DNA of 64,000 nt from Bacillota bacterium (GTDB lineage Bacteria; Bacillota; Clostridia; Peptostreptococcales; Anaerovoracaceae), in assembly GCA_017522185.1 (NCBI GenBank), contig JAFWZZ010000014.1, forward strand, positions 21,604 to 85,603, in the 5' to 3' direction. The position numbers and the translations under genes were made by a program. The notes below the pieces were generated by a model, which was not told the DNA's origin, made no database searches, and saw nothing but the letters and a program-made list of their open reading frames with translations. How positions within the stretch are numbered: the first letter of the stretch is position 1; the number at the start of each line of letters is the position of its first letter. Shown here one piece after another: positions 43,901-52,900 of this stretch.

Positions 43901-46784
43901 CGAATACTGCAAACATTACTTTGAGGATTCAGATTGCACAAAGACCATTAATAAGGCAAATACAGTAAGACCGGCACTTGGACATGAAGGTGAGCTTGTA
44001 AATGCGGTTGCAGCTACCTGTACAAAACCAGGTAATGTGAAACACTATGTATGTATCAATGAGGGCTGCAATAAGAAGTTCTCCGATGAAGAATGTAAAC
44101 ACGAAGTAACAGAGGTTGTTATTGTGAAACCGCACGCGATGACAGCGATTGCGTATAAGGATGCAGACTGTACGGTAGACGGCAACATTGCTTACTATAT
44201 GTGTACATCCTGCGGAAACTTCTACCTGGACGAAGAGGGTAAAACCGGTGAAATCGATCAGGCAGATGTTGTAATCAAAGCGGGACATAAGTATGATTAT
44301 GTACCGGCGACTCCTGCGGACTGTGTAACACCAGGTACGGAACACTATCACTATTGTAATAAATGTAAGTCATATTTTGATGGTGATGACAAAACAAAAG
44401 AAATCCAGAGTCCGGCAATCATAAACCCAGCAGGACACGACATGCATACGTATGATGAAGTGAAACCTGGCTGTGATACAGAAGGTACCCACGCATATTA
44501 CACATGTAAGGTTTGTGATCCGAATGGAACGGTCCTCTACAGGGATAAGTATGGTAAGGAAGTCTGGGAAAATCTGAAGGATATGATTATTAAACCAACT
44601 GGACACACCCCTGAGGATAAGAACTGTACAGTAGATAAAGTCTGCGGCGTATGTGGAAAGACATACGAAGAAGGCGGATCACATACGTTAGAAATCCTTC
44701 CAGCAGTGAAAGCCGATTGCGAAAATGACGGTTTAACGGAAGGTGAATACTGTACCGTTTGTGGTGCAGTCACAAAAGAACAGAACGTTGACCATAAAAC
44801 TGGTCACGACTATGGCGCGCCAACCTGTGAAGAGGCGGCGACTTGTTCCTACTGCGGCCAAGTTGGACCAGAAGAAGAACATCGCGCAAAGGGCCACAAA
44901 AAAGGAATAGGCCATGAAGAAGAAGCAACTTGTACAACGGCAGGCAAGATGATATATAAATGCGAAAATGGTTGTACCAAGACATGGGAAGAGTCAATTC
45001 CGGCATTAGATCATGACTTGGATGAAGGTACGATTACGAAACATCCGACCTGCACAGAAGCAGGTGTGCGTACTTATACATGTAAGCGCAACGGCTGTAA
45101 TCACACAGAGACTGGGATTGTAGCATCAACAGGTCACAGCTGGAATGACTGGTCTACTACAGAAGCTGCTACTTGTACGGCTGCAGGATCCAAAACAAAA
45201 ACCTGTAAGAACACAGGATGTACTGCTTCTAAGACAGCCGCAATTCCGGCAACTGGACATACGGCGGGACAGGTAAAAACATGTACCACTCCACAGCTTT
45301 GTACAGTATGCCAGGAGGTAATAGAAGAAGCACAAGGCCATAGACCAGGCGGTGTTCCGGCAGACTGCACAACCCCACAGTATTGTAAGGAATGTAATGA
45401 AGTCGTATACCCAATGCTTCCACACGATGAAGAAGTTGTTCCTGGTTATGCGGCAACTTGTACGTCCACAGGATTAACAGACGGTAAGAAATGTAAGGTC
45501 TGCGGTGAAGTAACCCAGAAACAGGAAATCATCAATATGTTAGTTCATGTTGAAGTGACCATCCCAGGCATGGACGCGTCCTGCAAAGAAAGCGGATTAA
45601 CAGATGGTATTATGTGTTCTGTATGTCAGACAATCCTTAAGGGACAGGAAGAAATTCCAATGAAGGATACCCACGTGCCAGATGGTATCGCAACATGTAC
45701 AAAAGCACAAACTTGTACAATCTGTAAAAAGGAACTGGCACCTGCGAAGGGGCATACCGAAGAGACGGTAACCGGTATTGCAGCAACCTGCACAGCCAGC
45801 GGATTGAGCGATGGCGTACAGTGTTCTGCATGCGGTGCTACACTGAAAGAGCAGGAAGAAATTCCGGCATTAGGACATAAGCCTGGTAGTGCGGCAACCT
45901 GCACAACTGCACAGACTTGTACAGCATGTCAGACCGTTCTGGCAGCTGCCAAGGGTCATAACAGTAAGGATGCTGCTGCAGCTACATGTACAACTGCACA
46001 GCTTTGCCCAGACTGTCAGACCGTTTTAGCACCTGCCAAGGGACATACCGAAAAGAAGTTAGCTGCTGTAGCGGCAACTTGTACGAAAACCGGTTTAACA
46101 GAAGGCGTAGTCTGTGAAACATGTAATGCCGTTCTGCAGCCACAGAAAGAAATTGCAATGCTGCAGCACAAAGCATCCAAGACAACAACCACGCAGGCAA
46201 CAACTGCTGAAAATGGTGCTATCGTCACAACATGTGAATGTGGTGCTGTAGTTTCTAAGACAACGATTGCTAAGATCGGCAAGATGAAGCTGTCTAAGGC
46301 AAAGGTTGTCTACAATGGTAAGACATATAGTCCGGTACTGACAATCACGGATAGTAATGGCAAGAAGCTAAAGAAGGGTACTGACTATACCGTAAGCATT
46401 CCAAAGTACAGAAGACTTGTAAGAAAGTACAAGTACAAGATTACGTTTAAGGGTAATTACACAGGCGTCAAGTACGTATACCTGACAATTAATCCAAAAG
46501 CGACTTCTGTTAAGAGTGCGAATGGTTCCAAGAAGGCAGTTACCGTAAAATGGAAGAAAGTTTCAAAGCAGAATACAGGCTACCAGATCATGTTCGCAAC
46601 CAACAAAGGGTTCACAAAGAACAAGAAGACCGTAACTGTAAAGAGCTTCAAAACATCTTCCAAGAAGGTAAAAGGCCTGAAGGCAAAGAAGACTTACTAC
46701 GTTAAGGTTAGAACTTACAAGACCGTAAACGGCGTAAAATACTACTCCGCATGGTCTAAAGTAAAGCGTGTAAAGACAAAATAA
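40974..46784 (+). CDS. Secreted giant protein P3 (1936 aa): 2 WVGLYK-like modules, about 35 Cys3-His-type modules, Ig/MBG-like module, Lys-rich FN3
   Basis: The ATG at 40974 has a GAAGGGAG RBS and begins a signal peptide (..HWLAVILLALVFILIPALTPDGAYA). There is no strong terminator between P2 and P3. Confidence 0.85.
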   Translation: MFTERKNGAHWLAVILLALVFILIPALTPDGAYAANGVDVGTEYEGYFYGETIKIFGDTSGDNVDTAEWVGLYKKGDIPGEDSSLYYYDPGAHSNWDNQYVTLQTLFNNKSCSDIGGTYVTNQSAFKHLEPGYYTIYLFKSETLNSSGTYDEWEHVDFYVYDFNKASISGCQSSTFDLGLGTNYPDSWKNDWIALFPCDSDGNVSSWTPAYWQYCTTLLDGDDNGWATIAFSKLNKTTDISTANRNSDYFLLAYLYENNVTESEYKKVISKSYVVNVKHSWNAGTVTTAATCTATGVKSHTCSSCNATKTSTIDKIAHTETSSVTKAATCTASGTRTYTCSVCKGTLRTETISATGHSYTSQTTTSDYLKSKATCTAKAVYYYKCANCTAKDTSKTYTSGSVNASNHTGTKVDGGTETAHQKWNCCDAAANADHTYTKTTKTEATCTTKGTSKYTCACGYSYTSQDIAKIAHTYTSKTTTADYLKTAATCTAKATYYYKCTGCTAKDTSKTYTSGSKDASNHTGTKVNGGTAEVHQKWNCCDATDNANHSYTTSTVDATCTSDGKTTKSCNCGYSYDTAITKLGHDFTEKNTASKYRKSVANCVSAAVYYKKCIRCEEKGTSTFTSGEKDSSNHKNPTPVYGGTKAVHTKYECCDVTASAKHSYTEKVEKEATCKETGTKKHTCACGYSYSETIDVTDHTYAQEITAPTCTEDGYTTKTCSVCKKTEKINPTDKLGHEFVKYVVDATPTCSAVGSESSKCSRCTATHTRELPTIPCSAGDEATCTSAQVCIYNCGKVFVGALNHYNTKDLPAVEPTCTETGLTAGKVCQLCGVTLVTQTTVNATGHVNLVNLEAVKVTCTTNGLTAGTKCRDCGTVTVPQQIIFAEGHSYGDSTTVKPTCTTQGYSEKICGVCGDTQKSNFVNKLGHDWADATCFAAKECKVCHTTEGGKLAHYPVVIPAKNPTCTEAGNYEHYQCEYCKHYFEDSDCTKTINKANTVRPALGHEGELVNAVAATCTKPGNVKHYVCINEGCNKKFSDEECKHEVTEVVIVKPHAMTAIAYKDADCTVDGNIAYYMCTSCGNFYLDEEGKTGEIDQADVVIKAGHKYDYVPATPADCVTPGTEHYHYCNKCKSYFDGDDKTKEIQSPAIINPAGHDMHTYDEVKPGCDTEGTHAYYTCKVCDPNGTVLYRDKYGKEVWENLKDMIIKPTGHTPEDKNCTVDKVCGVCGKTYEEGGSHTLEILPAVKADCENDGLTEGEYCTVCGAVTKEQNVDHKTGHDYGAPTCEEAATCSYCGQVGPEEEHRAKGHKKGIGHEEEATCTTAGKMIYKCENGCTKTWEESIPALDHDLDEGTITKHPTCTEAGVRTYTCKRNGCNHTETGIVASTGHSWNDWSTTEAATCTAAGSKTKTCKNTGCTASKTAAIPATGHTAGQVKTCTTPQLCTVCQEVIEEAQGHRPGGVPADCTTPQYCKECNEVVYPMLPHDEEVVPGYAATCTSTGLTDGKKCKVCGEVTQKQEIINMLVHVEVTIPGMDASCKESGLTDGIMCSVCQTILKGQEEIPMKDTHVPDGIATCTKAQTCTICKKELAPAKGHTEETVTGIAATCTASGLSDGVQCSACGATLKEQEEIPALGHKPGSAATCTTAQTCTACQTVLAAAKGHNSKDAAAATCTTAQLCPDCQTVLAPAKGHTEKKLAAVAATCTKTGLTEGVVCETCNAVLQPQKEIAMLQHKASKTTTTQATTAENGAIVTTCECGAVVSKTTIAKIGKMKLSKAKVVYNGKTYSPVLTITDSNGKKLKKGTDYTVSIPKYRRLVRKYKYKITFKGNYTGVKYVYLTINPKATSVKSANGSKKAVTVKWKKVSKQNTGYQIMFATNKGFTKNKKTVTVKSFKTSSKKVKGLKAKKTYYVKVRTYKTVNGVKYYSAWSKVKRVKTK
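41808..46283 (+). repeat. About 35 tandem Cys-His mini-modules in P3, including three copies of a 114-aa eight-Cys super-module (42045-43070)
   Basis: Enumerated by eye from the translation. Confidence 0.9.
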
Positions 46785-46808
46785 CCCATAAAATAAGTAT
46801 TTACCCAA

Positions 46809-46836
46809 GGGAGTTCCGGCGTCGGAACTCCCTTTT
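46809..46836 (+). terminator. Rho-independent terminator after P3
   Basis: GGGAGTTCCG-GCG-TCGGAACTCCC stem followed by TTTT. Confidence 0.8.
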
Positions 46837-46962
46837 ACAATGGGCAGAATCTAGTTTTTTCTACTCCAAGAATATTCTGGTATATAATTTGTGCAAAATG
46901 TGATACAATGAAACTGGTGTATTAGCGAAATCACCAGAAAAGGAAATGAACGAGAGGGGAAA

Positions 46963-49900
46963 TTGTTCAAGGTGCAAGAAAGTAAGATGTTGCGTGTCTG
47001 TGCTGCTTTGATTGCAGCGGCAATGGTCTTCACTTCCATTATGGTTAGTGTCGCCGATATTTATGCAACGACGAACACTGCAAAACTGATTACGAATAAA
47101 GATGTTTACGGTGCAGATGAACCAATTCTGGTAACCGCGTCCGGAGACTCTACAGATTTGGTTGGGCTGTATAAACGTGGAGAGACCGCTTCAGATGTGC
47201 CAATTTACAGCTACCAAGTTGGAGGAGAAACTGGGGGAATCCAACATCAATCCGGCGTACAGTACGACATCCGCGCATATGGAGTGGCAAGCTCAGCCAG
47301 ACTGGAAGATGCAAAACTTCCTGCCGGAGCGTATACGGTTATCTTAAGCAAAGCAAAAACAGAAGTCCTGAGAAAAGATATTACGATTACAGGGACTTCT
47401 GCTTTTGATGGAAATAAAATCCTTATTACCAATAAGCTGAATTACAATGTTGGCGAAGACATCATTGTTACGGCCAGCGGTACGGGCAAGGACTGGGTAG
47501 GACTCTACAAGAAAGGTACCAAACCCGGACTTGAGGCAAATGGCGGTACATCGTCAGTTTGCTATTACTATGTGAATAGCAATACCCAGGTTTCCGGTAA
47601 ACCATTCATCCTGCAGCAAGGCATAGGGCTCACAGCATCAAACGGTCAGCTGAGCGAGGGCGAGTACTATCTTGTTCTGATGGAAAACGATGGATATAAC
47701 CAACTGGCGAGAGTAGATAACATTGTGATCGAAGCCAGACCGGAATCGGTAACTTATAAATTGGAAAACGAAACAGATGGTTTTGCAAACGGTACCGTTA
47801 CCATTACAAAAGGAGAAGGCGTGGATTTGAATGCATGCATGCTTTACTGGGGCGATGCAGAAGGAAATCTATTAAAGGGTTATGCCACTTTGGGGAAAAC
47901 AAAGCTGACTGGTACGGTAACCCAACAGAAAATGCAGGCGAATACCATCATTCCGCCTGAGGCAAAGACACTGCTTGCTTATGGCTTCAAAAATAATAAT
48001 CAGTCAAAGAGTGCAGCCGTAGCAGAACTGCCTGCAGGTGCAGCATATCAGCTTGAGGATACAAGCAGAGAAAAAACACGTTTTGTGGTAGGCAGTGACC
48101 TGCATCTAGTTAACAAAGGAATGCTTAACGAAGTAAATGCCGATACAAACTACCATTTTGAGTTGGCATTAAGAGATATTGTAAAGAATTTTCCTGGGGC
48201 AACGGGCTTCTTTGCAAACGGAGACATTACAGACGGCGGACTGTCAAGCCAGTTTAATGAAGCGTGGAACATTCTGAATAGTGTAAGCGGTGCACCGAAG
48301 CTTCACATGTCCATTGGGAACCATGACTGGTATACGGGAAATCCTAGCGGCCAGTTCCAGAACTATGTGAGCTTGTTTAACCCTGCGGTCCAAACGAATA
48401 CGGTTTATTATGACGAATGGGTTGGCGGCTATCACTTTATCTTTCTGGGCAGTGAAGTACAAGGCCACTATGCGACCCTGAGCAATACGCAGTTGAATTG
48501 GCTGAATCAGTTGCTGGAAGCAGATACAGAAACGGATCCGACCAAACCAGTGTTTATCTTCCTGCACCAGGGCCTGCTGGGTGCTATGGCGGGGACCTTC
48601 CCAGGTCAGTGGGGGTATGATTCTACCCTTGGCGTCGCACAGGACAAAGAGCTGAGAGGAATTCTGCAGAAGTATGGACAGACGGTCCTGTTTGGCGGTC
48701 ATACCCATTACGTATTAGATGCAGACAATTCTGTTACGCCGGGCAGCGGTGATTTGCCGGTCTGCGTGAATACCTCATCTGTGGGATATCTGTGGGATGA
48801 TACAGATGTCGCAGTGGGAGTATACAAAGAAGGGTCCGAAGGCTACTTTGTACAAGTGTTCGAAGACAAGGTATACATGTTTGGCAGAAACTTTATCACA
48901 GGAGAATACCTGCCATCGGCTATGTATGTGATTGAACCTGCCCAGTTATCCGTGGAACAGACGAAAATCACCATGCGTATTGGAGATGACAGCGTTCCTA
49001 TCAATGCGAAAACCCAAGCTGGCATGCAGCTGACATACAAATCGTCTAACAGCCATGTGGCCACCGTTGACAATAGAGGATACATCAGTGCAGTCGCACT
49101 GGGAACGGCGAAAATATATGTTTCTACAAATAGTTCCAACACGAACACTGTCAATCGTAGGATTATAACTGTAACGGTCACAGACGCGGATGAATCCTAT
49201 TCCATTACCTATAAAGACACGGATGGGAATGTGTTAACGGGTTTCTCACCATCTTCCTATACATATAAAGAGGCGAAACTGGGTGCGATTCCATTGCCGG
49301 ACACTACAGACAAGGACGGATACCAGTTCGGCGGGTGGTACACCAACCAAAACCTTTCCGGCTCTCCGGTTACGGCCATTCCAAAGGGCAGCAGTGGAAA
49401 TAAGGAGTTTTATGGAAAATGGACTCCGATTAGCTATACTATTACCTATCATGATGGTACCGAGGTGCTGACACAGCTGTCCCCTACAAGCTATACCATA
49501 GAGAGTGAGAATATCATACTGCCGACACTGACAAAAGAAGGGTATGTTTTCGAGGGATGGTTTGATAATGCAGAATTCACAGGCGGTGAGATCACGGGAA
49601 TTCCAATGGGAAGTACCGGCGATAAGACTTTCTATGCAAAGTTTCGGAATCATGGTTATACCGTCTACTTTGATACCCGTGGCGGCTCCGAAGTGGCAGA
49701 ACAGAGTGTTGACTATAATGGAACCGCAACCAGACCGACACCCGACCCAACAAAACTAGGATATATCTTCGAGGGATGGGTAACGGAATCTGGCGAAGAC
49801 TATGATTTTAACTGGAAAATCACAGAAGATACGGTTCTTTACGCAAAGTGGTCCGAAAACAAATGCACTGTAACCTTCGACTCCATGGGAGGGTCTACCG

Positions 49901-52900
49901 TGACCTCCCAAGAGGTTACATACGGTCAGAGCGTCAATGCGCCAGACAATCCGGCGCGAGAAGGTTATCATTTCAGCGGCTGGGCAACGTCGGAAGACGG
50001 CACCAACGCCTACAATTTCAGAGATCCGGTTATCAAGGCTTTTACGCTCTATGCGAAATGGAGCCCGATTACCTATAAGATTACCTTTATGTCCAACGAT
50101 GGAACAGCCGTTGCGGACATGGAATACAACATTGAAAGTGAAACAATTGTACTTCCGACTATCAACAAAACCGGCTATAACTTCGACGGATGGTATAGCG
50201 ATGCGGATCTCAGCGGCAGCGCTGTAACCAGTGTATCCAAGGGCACCATGGGCAACAAAATCTTCTATGCGAAATGGACGCCTCTTTCCTATACGGTAAC
50301 CTTTGATACCGATGGAGGATCTGAGATTGAAGCACAGCATGTTGTTTATGGAGACACTGCTGTGGTACCGGAGACGCCTACCAAAACAGGCTATACCTTC
50401 AAACGATGGATAACTGAATCTGGCAAGTCTTTTAGCTTTGGAACGGCCATTACGGAAGATATCACGATTTATGCAAAGTGGTCAAGAAACTCCTATACCG
50501 TCCGCTTCGATACAGACGGTGGTTCTGAGGTTGAATCTCAAACGGTGCTTTACAAGACAAAGGCCACGCGTCCAGAAACAGATCCAACCAAATTAGCATA
50601 TAGCTTTGAAGGATGGGTAACGTCCAAAGATGGAACCGAAGCTTTTAATTTTAATCAGAAGATTACAGAAGATACGACCATCTACGCAAAATGGAAACTG
50701 AAAGACAAGTACACGGTTTCCTTCCAGACGGATGGTGGAACAAAAATCAAAGATCAGGCGATACAGGAGGGACAGCTGGCGACCAAGCCTGCGGCACCGA
50801 AAAGAACCGGATATAACTTTGAAAACTGGTACAAAGATGAAAAACTGAGTGAGGAATTCAACTTTAGCGAACCAATCATGGGGAACACTAGGATTTATGC
50901 AAAGTGGAATCCGATTTCCTATACCATTACGTATGATGCCAACGGAGGAAAACCGGTCGCGGCGGATACCTATACCATCGAAACCGAAACCTTTGTACTG
51001 CCAGCCGCAACAAAGGACGGATACCGCTTCCTGGGATGGAGGGCTGGTGACGGAAGATCGTATACCACGATTGAACAGGGCTCGACCGGCGATTTAACTC
51101 TGGTTGCAGAATGGATGGAACTGGAGGATATTGCCATTGACAAGACTCGGTATGACTTCGCAGATACTATTCACGTAACAACCAACTATGAGAAGGAAGG
51201 TGCGTGGGTCGGTCTCTACAAGGTAGGAGAGACCCCGGGAAAAGACAACTTCATTTTGAAGTACTCTGTGCCTGAGTCGGGAACCACCGTAGATCTCTAC
51301 ACTTCGGAGATTGTAGAGAAAAACCAACAGAAAAACGAGTTTTACAAGGATACAGGAAGACTTAAGTCCGGTGGATATGAAATCTATATTTTCAAAGACG
51401 GCGGAACAGAAATCCTGAACAAGATCTATTTCTCTATTGTGACAGAAATGGATGGAGATCCAGTTGTAATAAAACCAACCTGCACGGAACCCGGCATTAC
51501 GATGACTTACTATACAGATGGTACCGTAGTCAAGAGTGACGCCAAGACTCCGTTGGGCCATGACATGGTCTCTGCGACATGTGAGGAGAAGGGTTACTGC
51601 CAGAGAGAGGGCTGTGACTATGAGACTGAGTCTGCTCTGGGACATAAGACAAACCTTGTTACGGAAACAGAAGTCAGCTGTACCAAAGACGGAAATCTCC
51701 GCCATTATGCTTGTAAACAGTGCGGCGGATACTTTGAGGACGAGGGTGGAACGAAGCCATTGGATAATGTAGTGGTTTCTGCACCTGGCCACAACATGAC
51801 CCATCATGATCAGGTGAATCCAACCTGTGAAGAAGATGGAACCAAAGCATATTATTACTGCGCTGCATGCAAGCAGTATTTCAAAGATGAAGACGGTAAG
51901 TCGGTACTGGATGACATCGTTATCGAGAAGACCGGACATACAGACGGGTCTGCGGCAACCTGCACCCAGCCGCAGTGTTGCACTGTTTGCGGTGATGAAC
52001 TGCAGCCTGCATTGGGTCATACGGAAGGGCCTGCGGCAACTTGCACGACGGACCAGAATTGTACAGTGTGTGGAGAACTGCTGGTGAAAGCATTCAAACA
52101 TAAAGCGGATGCGGGACCAACTTGTACCACACCACAGAGATGCATCACGTGCGGAATCGATTTAGCGGCCCCATTAGGGCACAAACCAAAGGAACATATT
52201 TTATGTACAGATGATTACCAATGCAGGGTATGCAACGAAGTATTGGGAAAAGGTGAAGACCATAAGCCGGGTGCGGCAGCAACCTGCACGTCGCCACAGC
52301 AGTGTCTAAAATGCAGCTATGTCATAGAGAGTGTCAGACCTCATGATTTCTTACCGGCAACTTGCCAGGTGCCAAAAACCTGCAGGGACTGTGGTAAGAC
52401 AGAAGGCGGCTTAGACGGACACCATCCTGACAAGACCGCGCCAACCTGTACCGAAGGCCAGCATTGTACAATTTGTAAAAAGTCGTTGTCCAAGGCAGCG
52501 GGCCATGTAAAGGGAGCGTCTGCAACCTGTACGACAGCACAGATTTGTCTGGTATGCAAGATAGAACTGGTATCACCACTGGGGCATGTACCGGGAAGAG
52601 ACGCAACCTGTTCCGAACCGCAGAAGTGCTTAGAGTGCCAGGCTGTTTTGACAGAACCAGATCCAAAGCTGCATAAACCAGGAAAGGCAGCAACCTGTAC
52701 GACAGCACAGATCTGTCAGGTATGTAAGACAGAACTGCAGCCTGCACTGGGGCATAAACCGGGAACACCTGCAACCTGCAAGGAACCGCAGAAGTGCTTA
52801 ACGTGCCAAACTGTTTTGGTAGAACCAAGTTCAAAGCTGCATAAACCGGGAGCGTCTGCAACCTGTACGGAAAACCAGATTTGTACAGTCTGCAACGCTG

